From contig OX597819.1 in the NCBI GenBank assembly GCA_951406725.2, positions 51,770,001 through 51,834,000 on the forward strand: 64,000 nt of DNA. Reading direction: 5' to 3'. The number at the start of each line of letters is the position of its first letter. Position 1 is the first letter of the stretch. The position numbers were made by a program, and so were the translations under genes. The stretch is from Octopus vulgaris (Eukaryota). Of this stretch, positions 12,555 to 27,055 are shown piece by piece. The notes beneath the pieces were generated by a model that saw only the letters and a program-made list of their open reading frames with translations, was not told the DNA's origin and did no database searches.

Positions 12555-12737
12555 GTATGTATGGACTGATTGATTGATTAATTGATTGATAGATTGATTG
12601 ATAGCTCAGGAAATAGTAACATTTCATGAAAAACCAAACTGTATTTCTCAAAAATAACCGAAAAAGAAAACTGGATCAAATGGTAACCATTAATGGATTT
12701 TTTCATTTTTGTCATTCTCTTTATTTTTGTCTTTCTT

Positions 12738-12781
<44 letters not shown>

Positions 12782-13390
12782 CCTCTTCGTCAGTGGCTGC
12801 TCACTTTACAGTACCCAACAGATATCAAGATTAGAAATATTATAGAAAAACAATGGATATACAATATCAGTCATTCATTGCAAGACTAGAAATCGTGATA
12901 GTGGAATTACATAGACATGAAACGTCGATAAAATGGATCTGGAAAAAACTATAAATATATAAGTTTTCAACAACAATAAATACGAAAATTTGAAAAAAAA
13001 ATTGGCATAAAAAAAACAACTGAATCGATTGTATTTGCTAACTTTGCTGAACACACGACACAAATACTGTTCCTTTTCCCAGAGCCCCAGGCGAAAGTGT
13101 TATCAACTACTTGCCCGTGGACAAGATTTCTGTCCCCAATTTTTAAACGAATATCATCCCCTCTCTATCTCGCTGTTCATTCTGCTTGATATATATCAGA
13201 CAGTTGTATCACTTTCACGAATGAGCGCCTTTTTCTGGGTGAATGCAAGTGCGCATGTCTTCTCGGTGATATCGGAAATATGCTACAGACTATATGTATA
13301 TATACACACATACATATGTGTGTGTGTGTGTGTGTGTGTGTACATGTGTGTGAAACTATCTATCTATTTATGTCTCTCCCTCTCTCTCTC

Positions 13391-13441
<51 letters not shown>

Positions 13442-13554
13442 ATACACACACAAACACGCACACACACACACATATATATATGGGCTGACACTTCTGACGT
13501 CCACAAATAAGAACGCATAACAGTACATATATTTATATATTTACATATTTATAT

Positions 13555-13606
<52 letters not shown>

Positions 13607-13970
13607 CATGTACATATATATATATATATATACACATATATATATATATATATATAGGCTACACTCCTACACACATGTATAATCTTTTGTGACCTCCAAC
13701 CTCCATTTGTGTTATAGGTTTAAATTGTAGCGAATAATCTGATCGTTGATAAAAAAATGGGAAGAAAAAGGATTAAATAACAAATAAACGAAAAACAAAG
13801 CAATTTTAAAGTAATAAAAATAAATATACAAAAATAAAAATCGAAAGCAATTTAGAGATGTTTTTCATTGGATTTATTTATGTATTTGTTTATTTATTTA
13901 TTATTTTATTTTTCACTTTAAAAAAATTCTTTGTGATACATCGGCATCGTAAAATCTGTAAAAAAAAAAA

Positions 13971-14005
<35 letters not shown>

Positions 14006-14129
14006 TAATAACAACAACAACAACAACAACAACAACAATACGAATAAGACTGCCAAGAAAAATTGCAAAATGTAGAAGACAAAAAAAATTGGTTGGGTAG
14101 AAGATTAAGAAAACACATTAACAAAGAAA

Positions 14130-14208
<79 letters not shown>

Positions 14209-14317
14209 TATAACATGTGTCTATATATATAAATATATGCATGCATATATATATATACATATATATATATGCATATATATATATGCATATATATATGGAT
14301 GCTTATATATATATATA

Positions 14318-14456
<139 letters not shown>

Positions 14457-14898
14457 CAATGCATGAATATAAAATATCAAAATAATTAACTAAATAAAAT
14501 ATATAAACGCACATATAAGGGGTCCCAATATGATTAATAATAATGATAATAATGTTAATAATAAATATCAATGTAAAGATAGAATATTATAGAAGGGTAG
14601 TGGGGAGAGCGATGGAAGCAAGAGAAATGGGGTGGGGGCAGAAAAGCAGGCGAGCAGATGAAATGAAAAATGAGAGTTTGGTGGTGCAGTGATGCGTGAA
14701 AAAATTTAATAAGAGTTTAAGGACAGCTACGGTTGGCTAGCCAGTAATTCGAGCGTGAATGGGTTCGTTATTGGCGTTATGAAGAAGACCTTTACGGTTA
14801 TAACAAAGTTCTATGTGAACTTGGTTGAGAATGGAAGAAAAGGAAGAATCTGATGGCACCAGCGACCAATTGGATAGCGATAGATGATGGACGAAGGC

Positions 14899-14958
<60 letters not shown>

Positions 14959-15027
14959 ACAGATACACGTAGAGATAGACAGAGAGGGACTGACAGACGC
15001 ACACAACACACAGAGATAGATTGATAT

Positions 15028-15076
<49 letters not shown>

Positions 15077-15271
15077 TAGAGAGAGAGAGGGGGGACTGAC
15101 AGACACAAACAGAGAGAGATAGATGGATAGATGAATACATATCGAGAGAGAGGAAGAGAGAGGGGCAGACAGACAGACAGCGGTGGTTAGATAGATGGAT
15201 AGATAATAGATATATAGATAGATAGAGAAAGAGAGATAGAGAGAGAGAGAGAGAGAGAGGGATATAGAAAA

Positions 15272-15329
<58 letters not shown>

Positions 15330-15709
15330 TCATAGAAAGAAAGAGAAGGGGAGACTGGGAGAAAGAGAGAGATGGCGAGAGAGAGAGAGAGAAATCGAAA
15401 ATGGGAAATATTGATAATAGCGATGTGGTGATGCGGTGTTGGTATGTACTGGGGATGGAATTGGTTGGAGATGACATTGGAATATGATAGAAAGAATTGG
15501 ATGGGATGGCGAAGTGAGCAGATTATGTGAGATTCATAGAATTGCGACCAAAATGAAAAATAAAAGTCATGAATTATGTATAGATATGCATTTGTATGCA
15601 TGTATTTGCTTATTTAGATTTTATGCGCCATTTTCTGAACGTCTATAGCAACTATGTGTGAGGTAAGTCAGATCACACAAATATAATATATGCATGTGTG
15701 TGGGTTGTA

Positions 15710-15764
<55 letters not shown>

Positions 15765-15951
15765 AACATCGATACATACGCATAAAGATGTATTTCTATA
15801 GATGTGAACCACCGTATGCATATGTATATATATATGTACAAATGTATTGAAAACATGTAATACATATATTATGCATACATATATATATTTATATATGTGT
15901 TTATATGTGTATGTATATGTGTGTGTACATGCATACATATACACATATATA

Positions 15952-16017
<66 letters not shown>

Positions 16018-16605
16018 CATATACTTTCAATGATTCAATTTGTATATGTAGATATTCAGTACTACACGGTAATATGGCTCAATATATCTACGTATAGGTG
16101 GACAGCGGGTGTAAGTGAAAGAGAGAGGGAGAGAAGAAACAGCGAAGGACAGTGTATGTGTGAGTTAGTGTATGTATGAGTAAGCGTGCTTGAGTATGCA
16201 TATCCTCAATATATAGGTGTATTTGTGTGGGTGAGGCTTTTATGAGTTTAATACACGTACTGACGCAAATAATTGAATTCAAATATATATATATATTTCA
16301 CATACAATCAAATAGCTGCAACGAACTCTCTGATGTAGCCATGTTGTATTCAAAAAAGCATGAGCCTCACAACACTACCCATCTTCCTACTTAATTTTAC
16401 ACACACAAATACACACACACACACACACATACATGTATATATAGGGTAACACGCTAAGTAGTGATATTTATAAATGCAGTCCGGTTATTAGTTCAAATAT
16501 GCTTGAGACATATTCGAACCCGTAAGAAATCAATTCACCGTATTTTGTTATGTAAATAGAAAGGCGTAAACATACCGAGTCAGTTCGCAGCGCTCTTGAA
16601 CTAGA

Positions 16606-16653
16606 CTGTTAGATGCATGCATTTCGGAGTGGTTTACCTCTCTTCAGCAGCAG
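16606..16653 (-). ncRNA. Minimal type I hammerhead ribozyme motif (Penelope-type)
   Basis: Minus strand: ctgctg CTGAAGA gaggtaaaccactcc GAAA tgcatgca TC taacag; intact core, palindromic TGCATGCA, AUC site, stem I 5 of 6 pairs. Confidence 0.75.
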
Positions 16654-16738
16654 AAACAGGAAAATTAGACACTCCTAATTGATGCAAGAGACACGTGTGT
16701 TGCGTTTGTGTGTGTGTATGTGAGTGTGCGCGTGCGTG

Positions 16739-16809
<71 letters not shown>

Positions 16810-17074
16810 ATATATATGATAAAATATATTACATACATTTACATACATGCATACATTAGTGCTATCCAAAGATCCTAGTGTAGGAGATTAGTAAGCTTCA
16901 AACATGTATAGAGCTGGTATAGATAACAAAAGGTGGACAGTATACAATAAAAAGTGTTTGTTATCCACCTTAAGTCACACACTTCTTCCCATATTGAAAT
17001 CAAAGGAAGTTTTGATAAGCTGACAGTTATCATACAACTCACGATTTCCCAATTTGCTAAAAATGCGAATTAAA

Positions 17075-17563
17075 ATCCGTGAATATAAGGAATGAAAAAG
17101 GTAAGTAATGACTACAAATGTTTCATAGCTAAATCAATGTTTGTTACATTATTTATTACGCTATCGGTTTCTGTTTTGTCTCCTACTATCTTCCCGACGC
17201 CAAAGTGTCTTCATTCTCTTTAGCCCTCTCCGCCTCATCCGTCCTTCTACCTAGCATATTTCTTTTTTGGTTAAATGACATCTGTAAAGACACCCACCTT
17301 GTTTCCTTTTAGGTTGACTAACCTACTAACAATTAATTTCATTGGTCATTTGATTTTGATTTTGTTTTTCTCAACCTACCATTTGTATTGAGGCTAAATT
17401 GATGAATCATTTATTCATCTCCACGCGACAATGTAAACAACTTGAACAATGTAAACAACATAGGCAGGTTTAGTGTATGTTACAGGTTATGTAACAAACA
17501 TTGTTTTAGCTATGAAACATTTGTAGCTTTTATTTACCTTTTCCATTCCTTATAATCTCGGAT
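17075..17563. repeat. Module with ~75-bp terminal inverted repeats abutting (TA)n
   Basis: 17075-17149 is the reverse complement of 17489-17563 with a few mismatches; the right arm contains GAAAC-ATTT-GTA. Confidence 0.8.
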
Positions 17564-17589
17564 ATATATATATATACACACATTTCGGA

Positions 17590-17915
17590 AACCCCCTTCG
17601 GTCACGAATGACCGTGGGATTGCACTCAGAAAGTTACCCTCCGAGGCACAAGTCCAGGCAAGGTTGTTTATGGAAGACCAGTAGTTGCCAATACATACCG
17701 GCTTCCCCTCTCCACGCCACCAGTGTTATCCAAGGGAAAGGCAAAAGCTGATACAACTTGGCACCAGTGATGTCGCAACTCATTTCTACAGGTGAGTAAA
17801 CTGGAGCAACGTGAAATAAAGTGTCTTGCTCAAGAACACAACACGCAGCCCGGTCCAAGATTCGAACTCACAACCTCACGATCGTAAGTTCGACGCCCTA
17901 ACCACTGAGCCATGC
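17590..17915 (-). mobile_element. tRNA-derived SINE family E (CORE-like centre)
   Basis: Minus strand gcatggctcagtggttagggcg (A box)...gagttcgaatc (B box)...gtgttcttgagcaagacactttatttcacgttgctccagtttactc. Confidence 0.8.
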
Positions 17916-18335
17916 TTATATATATAGCCCGCAGTTGGAAGTTATTTCAAGTTGATAAACTGTTGATAAAATGTATAATTACCAATTTCGTTAGCAGTTT
18001 ATTATATGGTATTAAGCAACCTAGGTAATGAATAAAGTTTTTTTAACACAAATTTGGCACTTAATAATAAATGAAAGTCCATGGAATGAGATTACAGTAA
18101 GCATTAGCGATCTTACATCTTACCTGAAGCATTTTGTAGCATGTAGTCATTTTAGTCGTAATGCCTGACACAACCGCATAGAAATTTATTTTCAATGAAA
18201 GTCATGTATGATAAACAAAAGCAAATATTTGTAGCAAACACACAAATAGAATAATAACATGTACAAAAATAAATGTCAGAGCAGGCTTATGAGCGAACAG
18301 CGTACGTGAAATAAGAAGGGTCATTGAAGGTAATG

Positions 18336-18757
18336 TACTCTCTTTACTCTCTTTTACTTGTTTCAGTCATTTGACTGCGGCCATGCTGGAGCACCGCCTT
18401 TAATCGAGCAAATCGACCCCGGGACTTATTCTTTTGTAAGCCCAGTACTTATTCTATCGGTCTCTTTTGCCGAACCGCTAAGTAACGGGGACGTAAACAC
18501 ACCAGCATCGGTTGTTGTCAAGCAATGCTAGGGGGACAAACACAGACACACAAACATATACACACACGCATATATATATATACATACATATATACGACGG
18601 GCTTCTTTCAGTTTCCCTCTACCAAATCCACTCACAAGGCATTATTCGGCCTGGGGCTATAGCAGAAGACACTTGCCCAAGATGCCACGCAGTGGGACTG
18701 AACCTGGAACCATGTGGTTGGTTAGCAAGCTACTTACCACACAGCCACTCCTGCGCC
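18336..18757 (-). mobile_element. Full-length SINE family A (octopus OR-type, tRNA head, internal microsatellite)
   Basis: Head ggcgcaggagtggctgtgtgg...ggttcagtccc; internal (TA/CA)n; tail ...ggcggtgctccagcatggccgcagtcaaatgactgaaacaagtaaaagag. Confidence 0.9.
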
Positions 18758-18759
18758 TG

Positions 18760-19964
18760 TGAACAGCAATCACGGAAATGAAGCAAAATATCAATGAAAT
18801 GCTTGTAGGAAGTCTGATTGCTAACAGCTACAGTTTGGCGTAGATGTGAAGATTGCAGTAGAGGAGTAACTATTGTAGGGCTGCTTTGCAGACAACATTT
18901 TTGGTTTTTCCTTCAGGAGGATAGATGAGTAAGCTGTCTGGATGGCCAGCTCTGGAACAAACGATGTAGAACTGTCCATGTGAAAAGCACGACGTTCGAA
19001 GGTCCGATCCGACAACTTTCAGCGATTGACCTTGTACTTTGTTAATTGTCATGGCGAAGCTGAGTTTGAGAGGGAAATGAAGTCTCCGTATACGGTAGGG
19101 GCAGTCTGTTGGGGTAAACAGAATTTTCGGAATAAAAACGGTATCGTTTTTACCGTGTCCCTTGATAATTTAGGCTTCAGTGACGTGCTCCCTCATTTGT
19201 TTGACCACAATGCGAGTTCCACTGCATAGTATGGGTGCGTTTAGAATGCGTAGGAGGATGACAGGACAACCGACTATTAAGAGAAGTTCATGGGGAGGGA
19301 GTCCTGGAGGATGTTGGGAGTTGAGAAATTCTGGGGGAAAGTGTGTGACCTGATCGAGGTCGGTAACGGTGTCAACTGATCTGAAACAACGTTCTTGAGA
19401 AGGGAGCTTATTGAGTAAGTCATAGTTAAGAGTGATGGATGATGCATTTGTAGGTGCAAGAACAGCCCTGTGCTAACATGCAAATATCGGCAGTTTGCAG
19501 TGAATGGGCATTGTAAAAAGTGTATGAGTAAAAGCAGGGAATATATATAATAAGTATAAATAACTGAAGGCATTAAAAAGATAAATAAAAGTTGATTTAA
19601 ATTGCATTGCTATCTGAAGGAAGAGCTAATGTGCAAATATCGGCAGTTTGCAGTGAATGAGCACTGTATAAACTGTAGAAGACGAAGTGAAAGTAGCATA
19701 ACTACATCATCAAGAGTAATATCCCTTGGAGCAACGATCGTTCGTATTTGAGAAGGGGTTTTCGTCCCCTTGGGGTGGCATTACTCATTATGTGGAAATT
19801 TGATGAGTCTATGACCATCTCTGGAACATAAGTGATGTATGTTCCCGGTGTGAACGAAATCGGATCAAAAATGTTGATTTTAAGAAGGATCAAGAAAGAG
19901 GCCTGTACACACACACACACACACACATACATACAGACATCTTCCGTTTTATTATATATAGAGA
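18760..19964 (-). mobile_element. Internally deleted Helitron
   Basis: 5' end A|TCTCTATATATAATAAAACGG at 19964; carries a PIF1 helicase remnant; ~50-bp internal direct repeat at ~19472 and ~19625; 3' end not located. Confidence 0.8.
18870..19415 (-). pseudogene. Helitron Rep/Hel PIF1-family helicase C-terminal remnant
   Basis: Translates to PPEFLNSQHPPGLPPHELLLIVGCPVILLRILNAPILCSGTR...TVFIPKI...RLHFPLKLSFAMTINKVQGQSLKVVG...CFSHGQFYIVCSR...KTKNVV, i.e. helicase motifs V and VI, with one internal stop. Confidence 0.92.
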
Positions 19965-20289
19965 TATAAAAGATTATAGACACACGCACATACACACAAG
20001 AAACGCACACGCATATAAATATATATGCATGTGCGTGTATGTATATATGTATATATATGTATATATATGTATGTATATATATATATATATATATATTTGG
20101 TGGGCTCAACTCAAACATAATTAGATTTAAATCGTCATTGTCTATCACTCTAAATGTATATACACCGTTGAAAGACATAATACGGTAGAATTGTCAGCGA
20201 CAAAAATTTCTTCGTAAATATACTGCGTTAAAAATGTTCAGCAGGTGTTGTGTGTCTGAAACGATGTGGCACTCAAAGGCAGTTGGAGC

Positions 20290-20930
20290 TAACCTTTTGC
20301 CTGTGCCACTGTACCTTCGTCTTACTTGTTGGTACCGTGGTTGATGTGGTAGAACATTCCAGTTGCTGTCAGTATTTTTCTAGTTCTGATGTGCAAGTTG
20401 CGGTTTCTAACAAGTTTCCAGTCTAATATTCTAAATCATGATACTCACATTGACACTGCCATCCATCGTATTATGAGATTATGGTATTATTGAATGTAGA
20501 CAGCTCCGAATTCCATATTTTTCGAAGCCTGCTTAAGTATTCTCTTGTTATACAGGGCTTACACGCAACACCAGCGTATGCAGCATTTTCACCAATTCTG
20601 AGATACTTATAGTATTCATCACTGGAGACAGGGGTGATAGGGATTCCGTTAATGTTTATGTTCTCTGGTCGATAACCTTTCCTATGTTGACTCTCATGCA
20701 CTCGTACGAACATTTATAACGCCTTAACTCCGCTCCTATGCCCCATGAGAATGTCGGGACAAGTCCTGGTTGTCTTTTGATGTTGTTCTTGTGGTTGATT
20801 TTAGTTCTATTCTTTTCTGCAAATCCCAACATATTTTCTAGGCATTTCATCGACAGGACAAACAAGAGGTTCGCTGTCAGTACAAAAAAACATAACTATC
20901 ACCCTGGAATATTCCCGTTGATAACCTAAT
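20290..20930 (-). pseudogene. R4/Dong-like non-LTR retrotransposon RT-thumb remnant
   Basis: YYKYLRIGEN...ITREYLSRLRKIWNSELSTFNN...FRILDW...IRTRKILTATG, matching the YKYLG..EY..R.R....S.L...N pattern of RLE-clade (R4) RTs; frameshifted. Confidence 0.7.
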
Positions 20931-21124
20931 TGTTTGTGACTATAAATGTTGCTTCGGTTGTTGGTAACATCTATATGAACCATGCTGTGGTTAGTCTTCC
21001 AATGGTCTTAACTATGGCAGTTCGTACTTCGGCAAGGTCTAGTAATTCTAACATTCATGAGTGTAGGACAGTATAAAATTTGCTTTATGCTATATTTATA
21101 GTATATTTAAACTTATAACCTATT

Positions 21125-22660
21125 ATGTCTAGTTCTAGTGGGCATAGTAAGTGCAAGTAGAGCTAGGATGTTGTCTGTTACGTTTGTGGTAAAGCAAAAC
21201 GATAGCAACTTGTTATAGATTTGTTAAGAGAATATTTCAAACAGTTTGGAGTGAAATTCACCACCATATTAAACAATGGTTTCCTCATTCTATTTATGAT
21301 ACTTGTGTCTGAGACAATGGGCCACAGAAAAATAAATGAAACAGAATGACCAATGGTGGACCTAGCTTATTGTTAATGGTGGATTTAGCTCCAAGACAAA
21401 ATCGAAGATAAATTACCCAAACTTTCCCTTAGCAATTGACTTGCACAGCATTGTACTAAAATTCTTGTTCCTGGGAAGCATAAAGAATAAAGGGAAACAG
21501 ATATAAGGGCATCAATTCTCTTTACCCAGTTAGAATGAAATGACTTAGTGTGCGGTTTGGATCTTCCAAAGACCTCAGTAGAATAGTTGAAATCCGGGTT
21601 AAATTAATATAATCTGCTAGCGCTGGGAGCAACAGTTGATTTTTATTGGCATACAAGAAAAGATTTGCTGCAGTTCTTCAGTATGAAAGATGACGTGGTT
21701 TGTTGTCATGCTGCTAATGGTTTGTTAAATGCAATGGGATGTCAACATAAATGAGATGAATGGCAACTTTTCATTGACAGCGCAAAGGACAGCTTAAAGT
21801 GTGCTTTGTTGAGTAATGGAAATGTGTTTGCTTCTTCTATAGCGTTTGGCTACCCGGTACATCTAAAAGAAAGTTATGAAATCATGAAAAGTGGTACTAA
21901 AAAAGGTCAAATAATTTGAACATAGTTGGTGGATTTGTGGGGATTAGAAATGAGTGGATGATTTGTATGCTGCTCGGCCAACAAAACAGTTACACTAAAT
22001 TTCCTTGTTTTTGTTTTGTTTTATTTTTATGAGAATTCAGCTAATAAAACAGAACGCTGGGTGAGAAAGGAATAACCGGGAAGAAGAGATTTCGACGTTA
22101 GAAAACATATCATGAACAACAACAACACACACATACGAGCGAACACATGCCCATGTTTAAACCAAAAGACATTTTGCGCCCAATAATTCATATTAAACAA
22201 ATTTGATGAAATCAAATATGAAAGCAAATACTTGATGAAATAATTTAACAGTTTAAATAAGGCATGGGTATCTCATTCAACTATTTATGTGGAAAATTTG
22301 TTGCTCTAAGAGAAATTGATGGCAGGTGTCTTTGATGAGTCAAAGCAGACACTAATGAAAGATAAGATTATGGATTTATATATTGTGAATGCTACCTGGT
22401 TGGTATTCAGAAAAGTTGTGAAAAACCGGGAAGAGTTTTACAACGAAGATGAAAACTTCGAAAATCTGTTGAATAACTTAAATCTTTTCCTTCCCTAAGC
22501 TAGGGTGTAATCTGAGTATTAAACTATATTTCCTCCACGGTCAGTTGATTACTTTCCCCGCAAGATAGGGGCTGCTAATGAAAAGCTATGGGACCGTCAC
22601 CACCAAGAAATTCCAGTGGAATACACATATGACTACAATACGTTTTGGTGCCTCATAAGA
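21125..22660 (+). pseudogene. Decayed Chapaev3 (CMC)-like DNA transposase; the element probably extends to ~23290
   Basis: Fragments DVVCYVCGK, FTQLE*NDLVCGLDLPK, WQLFIDSAKDSLKCALLSNGN...VHLKESYE, WWICGD, LLGQQNSYTKFPCF and LGCNLSIKLYFLHG...HHQEI, collinear with Chapaev3 transposases; many stops and frameshifts. Confidence 0.8.
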
Positions 22661-24060
22661 GAGAGAGAGAGAAAGGTGGTTTTGTTCGATAATCCAACGA
22701 GTAGAAGTTTATTCCTTAAAGAGTACACTTATGGTTGTTTTATATCTTCAGACGTTTGATTAATACGAAACGGATGGAACTGATTAGCTAGGTTTCCAAT
22801 GCTTTCCCTTACTATAACACCGTTTATTATTTTTTGTGTGTTATTTTGCTAATATTTACTGAACTTTCTTACGTTTTTTTTCTTTTTTCCGAAGTTATAG
22901 ACAGCAAGAACGATTACATGTATGTAGTAAAGTATGCTAATTTTAAACATATTTCTTACTGAATATATGCAACTTTTATGAAATTAGTATCTAAATTTTG
23001 GCGAAAGATACTTGATTTCCCCCATAGAACTGCAAAAATTAATATACTGGCTCTTATACTAAATAAATGCAGCTTCTGTTTTGCTACTATGTACAGATTT
23101 ACAATATGCGCAGTTTGTATGCACTTCAATGCAAAAAATCTGGAAAGGCGTTTCTGAAAAGAAGAAAAAAGAAAGTTGATCTGATACACAAAGTCTAAAA
23201 TCAGATTCGAAACTAGCCCCACCACAAAATTAGATATTCTAGAAAGAAGTAGAAACAATTTTTCAAAGAACAATCCAGTAGAATCGACCTAGGTGTTTTG
23301 TTGCAGATTCACTGCTTCATACATTATTCTCATACATTCCTTGAATGATGGTGTATATTGTAGACGTGTGTAGATCTCTGAGTAGCAAAAGAGTCAATCT
23401 CTAAATTATTCGAAATAAATTGTTGCTCTCTATCAAGTATTGAGTGTTCTTTTCCTCCAGTTCTGTCCAAACCTGTTTATTAACTAAAAATAAATAGTTA
23501 AAGATGGAGATGCATCCCCTTATTCTATGAAGAGCGAGCGTACAAATAAATACCGCAGTCAGTGATCTAAACAACAAGATAATAACGAACGCTAAGAGGT
23601 TATTATCTATACAACGATGATTTCAACAGAATTAAAAACAATGGTGAGCCTGGCATTACTTCTCGAACAAGACACTGCAATCGAAGACACTTTAGATAAC
23701 TATAGTAACATACATAAACGAGGTTGTAAACTGCGTGCCACTGATTGCATATGCAAGCACGGCATTTTTTCGTCAGTTTACTACGCATCTCCAACAAGGA
23801 ACCATTGACCAGCATTATATTCTAAAATGTAACACAAAACTAAATATAAAGACATAATTGTTTAATTGTTAGCAGGAACTTTTCAATTAAACATAGCCAG
23901 CAGCTTCAGAATTCCTTGAAGTATGAAGTAGCTTTGTCGATAACGTTCTTTGTTATTGAAATGGCGCTGTTCCAATATAACCACAGGTAAAAGAATAAAC
24001 AAGTAAAAGAATAAAAAAGTAACTGTATTCAACAAAATTCTCAAACAATAGTAACACCCC

Positions 24061-24600
24061 TGATGCAGTACCAGGCAGTGGCTCTCATGGCTTCTGATTT
24101 TAACTGATTGGAAGTGTTATCATGTACATTGTTTTGTCTTGGTATAAAAGATCGGCTACAGCAAATATTCTGCTCAATAACACAGATTTGCTTGTCAATT
24201 GTTTGACCTTAACCAATTGAGCATGTCCCTTAGTGGCTGACGATATATGCATCTCTGATCACGAGCAGAGGTAGTGGGGAAGCATCATAGCCATGTAGTG
24301 AAAGGAATTCTTTGGAGTTTGGATAATTCACCTTTGGAAACATGACTGTTTCGTTCAACATCCTAAAACAACTCCTATTCAGGGACCTTTTGAGCAGGAT
24401 GGGCTACTCGACCTGAAGAAAATACAAACTGGGTCCCCAACTGCAAGGTCATGCGCTGTTTATCTTGATATGAGATCACCATGTCGCGCACATATAGTTG
24501 TGATGCATATATCCGGTGTACCCTTATCAGACGGGTAGTCATGATGGGTATACTGGGCTTCGTATATTTTACCCCAGTATCACTTTCATGGAATGCACTG
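24061..24600 (+). mobile_element. ~540-bp non-coding retroposon family C ending in (TAA)n
   Basis: Collinear homolog at 61366-61912 (minus); followed by the (TAA)n tract 24605-24822. Confidence 0.85.
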
Positions 24601-24604
24601 AGAA

Positions 24605-24822
<218 letters not shown>

Positions 24823-25383
24823 AGAAATTTTGAAGTGGGGAAAATATATTTATAGTTAAACATGACATAAACTCAAACAAACCGATAACGCATCTTAGTA
24901 ACAAAATAATAGAAGACTATGTTCAAGTTATTTCTTGATCAGTGGGGAAAAAAAAAGCCCTGACGTTAACTGTCAAAACATAACAAATTCAGTTGTTAAC
25001 AAATGAGAAACAGGTACAGTATACTTCCCATTATTTTGGCCGATACTAAAACGGCTATAAAAACATCCACCATTACCACTTCATCAAAAAGATAAGATAC
25101 AGAAGGTCTTGACACATCGATGAATTCCCGATATATTATTGTCGCAACAGGATATTTTAAGGGGATACAGGAATATGAAGCATCATTTGTAGAATGAAAT
25201 AAATATGAAACTACAGCATACGAGTCGTTTTGAATAATGCGTGTTTAAAATCAGGCAGTCGCTCAAATGATTATTAAGGTATTTATGCAAGCAAGGAATG
25301 TATGTGTATGTGCATATAAATACACACAAACACACATACACATATACACATATATAAAGAGAGACAGACAGACAGAGAGAGAA

Positions 25384-25501
<118 letters not shown>

Positions 25502-25552
25502 GTACATATACATATGTTTATATGTACACATGCATATGTATATATATGCATA

Positions 25553-25955
25553 TACTCTTTTTACCTGTTTCAGCCATTTGACTATGGCCATGCTGGAGCA
25601 CCGCCTTTAGTCGAGCAATTCGACCCCAGGAATTATTCTTTGTAAGCCTACTACTTATTCTATCGGTCTCTCTCGCTGAACCACTAAGTTACAGGGACGT
25701 AAACACACCAGCATCGGTTGTGAAGCGATGTTGGGGGCGACAAAGACAGACACACAAACATACACACACACATATATATATATACATTTATACGACGGGC
25801 TTCTTTCAGTTTCCGTCTACCAAATCCACTCAGAAGGCTTTGGTCGGCCCGAGGTTATAGTAGAAGACACTTGCCCAATGTGCCACGCAGTGGGACTGAA
25901 CCCGGAACCATGTGGTTGGTAAGCAAGCTACTTACCACACAGCCACTCCTACGCC
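25553..25955 (-). mobile_element. Full-length SINE family A
   Basis: Collinear with 18336-18757. Confidence 0.9.
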
Positions 25956-25991
25956 TATATACATATGCAAATATGTATATATACATATGTA

Positions 25992-26062
<71 letters not shown>

Positions 26063-26689
26063 CTTTATAGTATGTAATATTATACCAAATTCAATACACA
26101 CACGTTTATATTAGCAACAACTTATATCAACTTATATAAAATATGTAATATATATATACATGTGTGTGTGTCTTTGTCTATGTGTGTGTCAGTTCGTGAG
26201 AGTTGGTGCGTATTTGTGTGCGTGCGCGCGCGTGTGTGTATGTTTGCCTGTCTGTGTGTGTACTTGTGTTAATGCTTATAAACATACACGTCTATATGCA
26301 TAACTGAAGGCAAACGAGCAAGCCTTTTAAGACGTAATATATATTCCAAACCAATTCTTTGATGGATAGTTCTAATAATATAACATCAATGTCTGTGTCT
26401 TTGTCCTAAATATATAGTAAAATTGCAACAACAACAACAAAAGCAACGGAAAAGCAAGGGAAGATATAAGGAATAAACATGAATATTTATGAATAAAAAA
26501 TAAAGAGGAGATTGATCGAATGACTATATAAGGAACAGAAACAGTAAACATACGAAATAGACAAAAAAAGAGCCAACATATATAAATAAATGAATGAAAA
26601 ATCTCTACTTTAAACACAGCAATAGCAATAAAATTATTGAAGAAACAACGGCAATACGAAATGCTGAAAATAGTAACCAAATCTTTCTT

Positions 26690-27055
26690 AGGTCAGCCAC
26701 TGTTATTTTATATATGGGTGTAACAAACATCGACGCATTGCCTGGAGCAGAATCTACAAGAGTCAGTTGGAGGTATAACAAGCGCTTCTTCTGAATCTCA
26801 CACAATGTCAGAAACCCTTCTGTATCATAGCAGGTCTCTCAAGGTTACAAGCATTACGCCTCCTTCGCCTGAGTGGTGCAATGCGGACCGAATAACCGTT
26901 CGCCTGCGTAAGGGTCCCACCTACGGTCCCTTGTCAACCACAGCCTTGTTGAACTAGTTTCAATTGCCATAGCTATCTCCTTTATACCTTTCTTCGTTTC
27001 TCTGGGTTCCAGACCAATCTTCTGCAGGAAATAGCACACCTGTCTTCCTGAAAAG
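26690..27055 (-). mobile_element. Hero/NeSL-like (RLE) LINE 3' remnant
   Basis: FLQKIGLEPRETKKGIKEIAMAIETSSTRLWLTR resembles the L..LG......K..I......E..S.WLW..R C-terminus of Hero elements, followed by a UTR. Confidence 0.55.
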
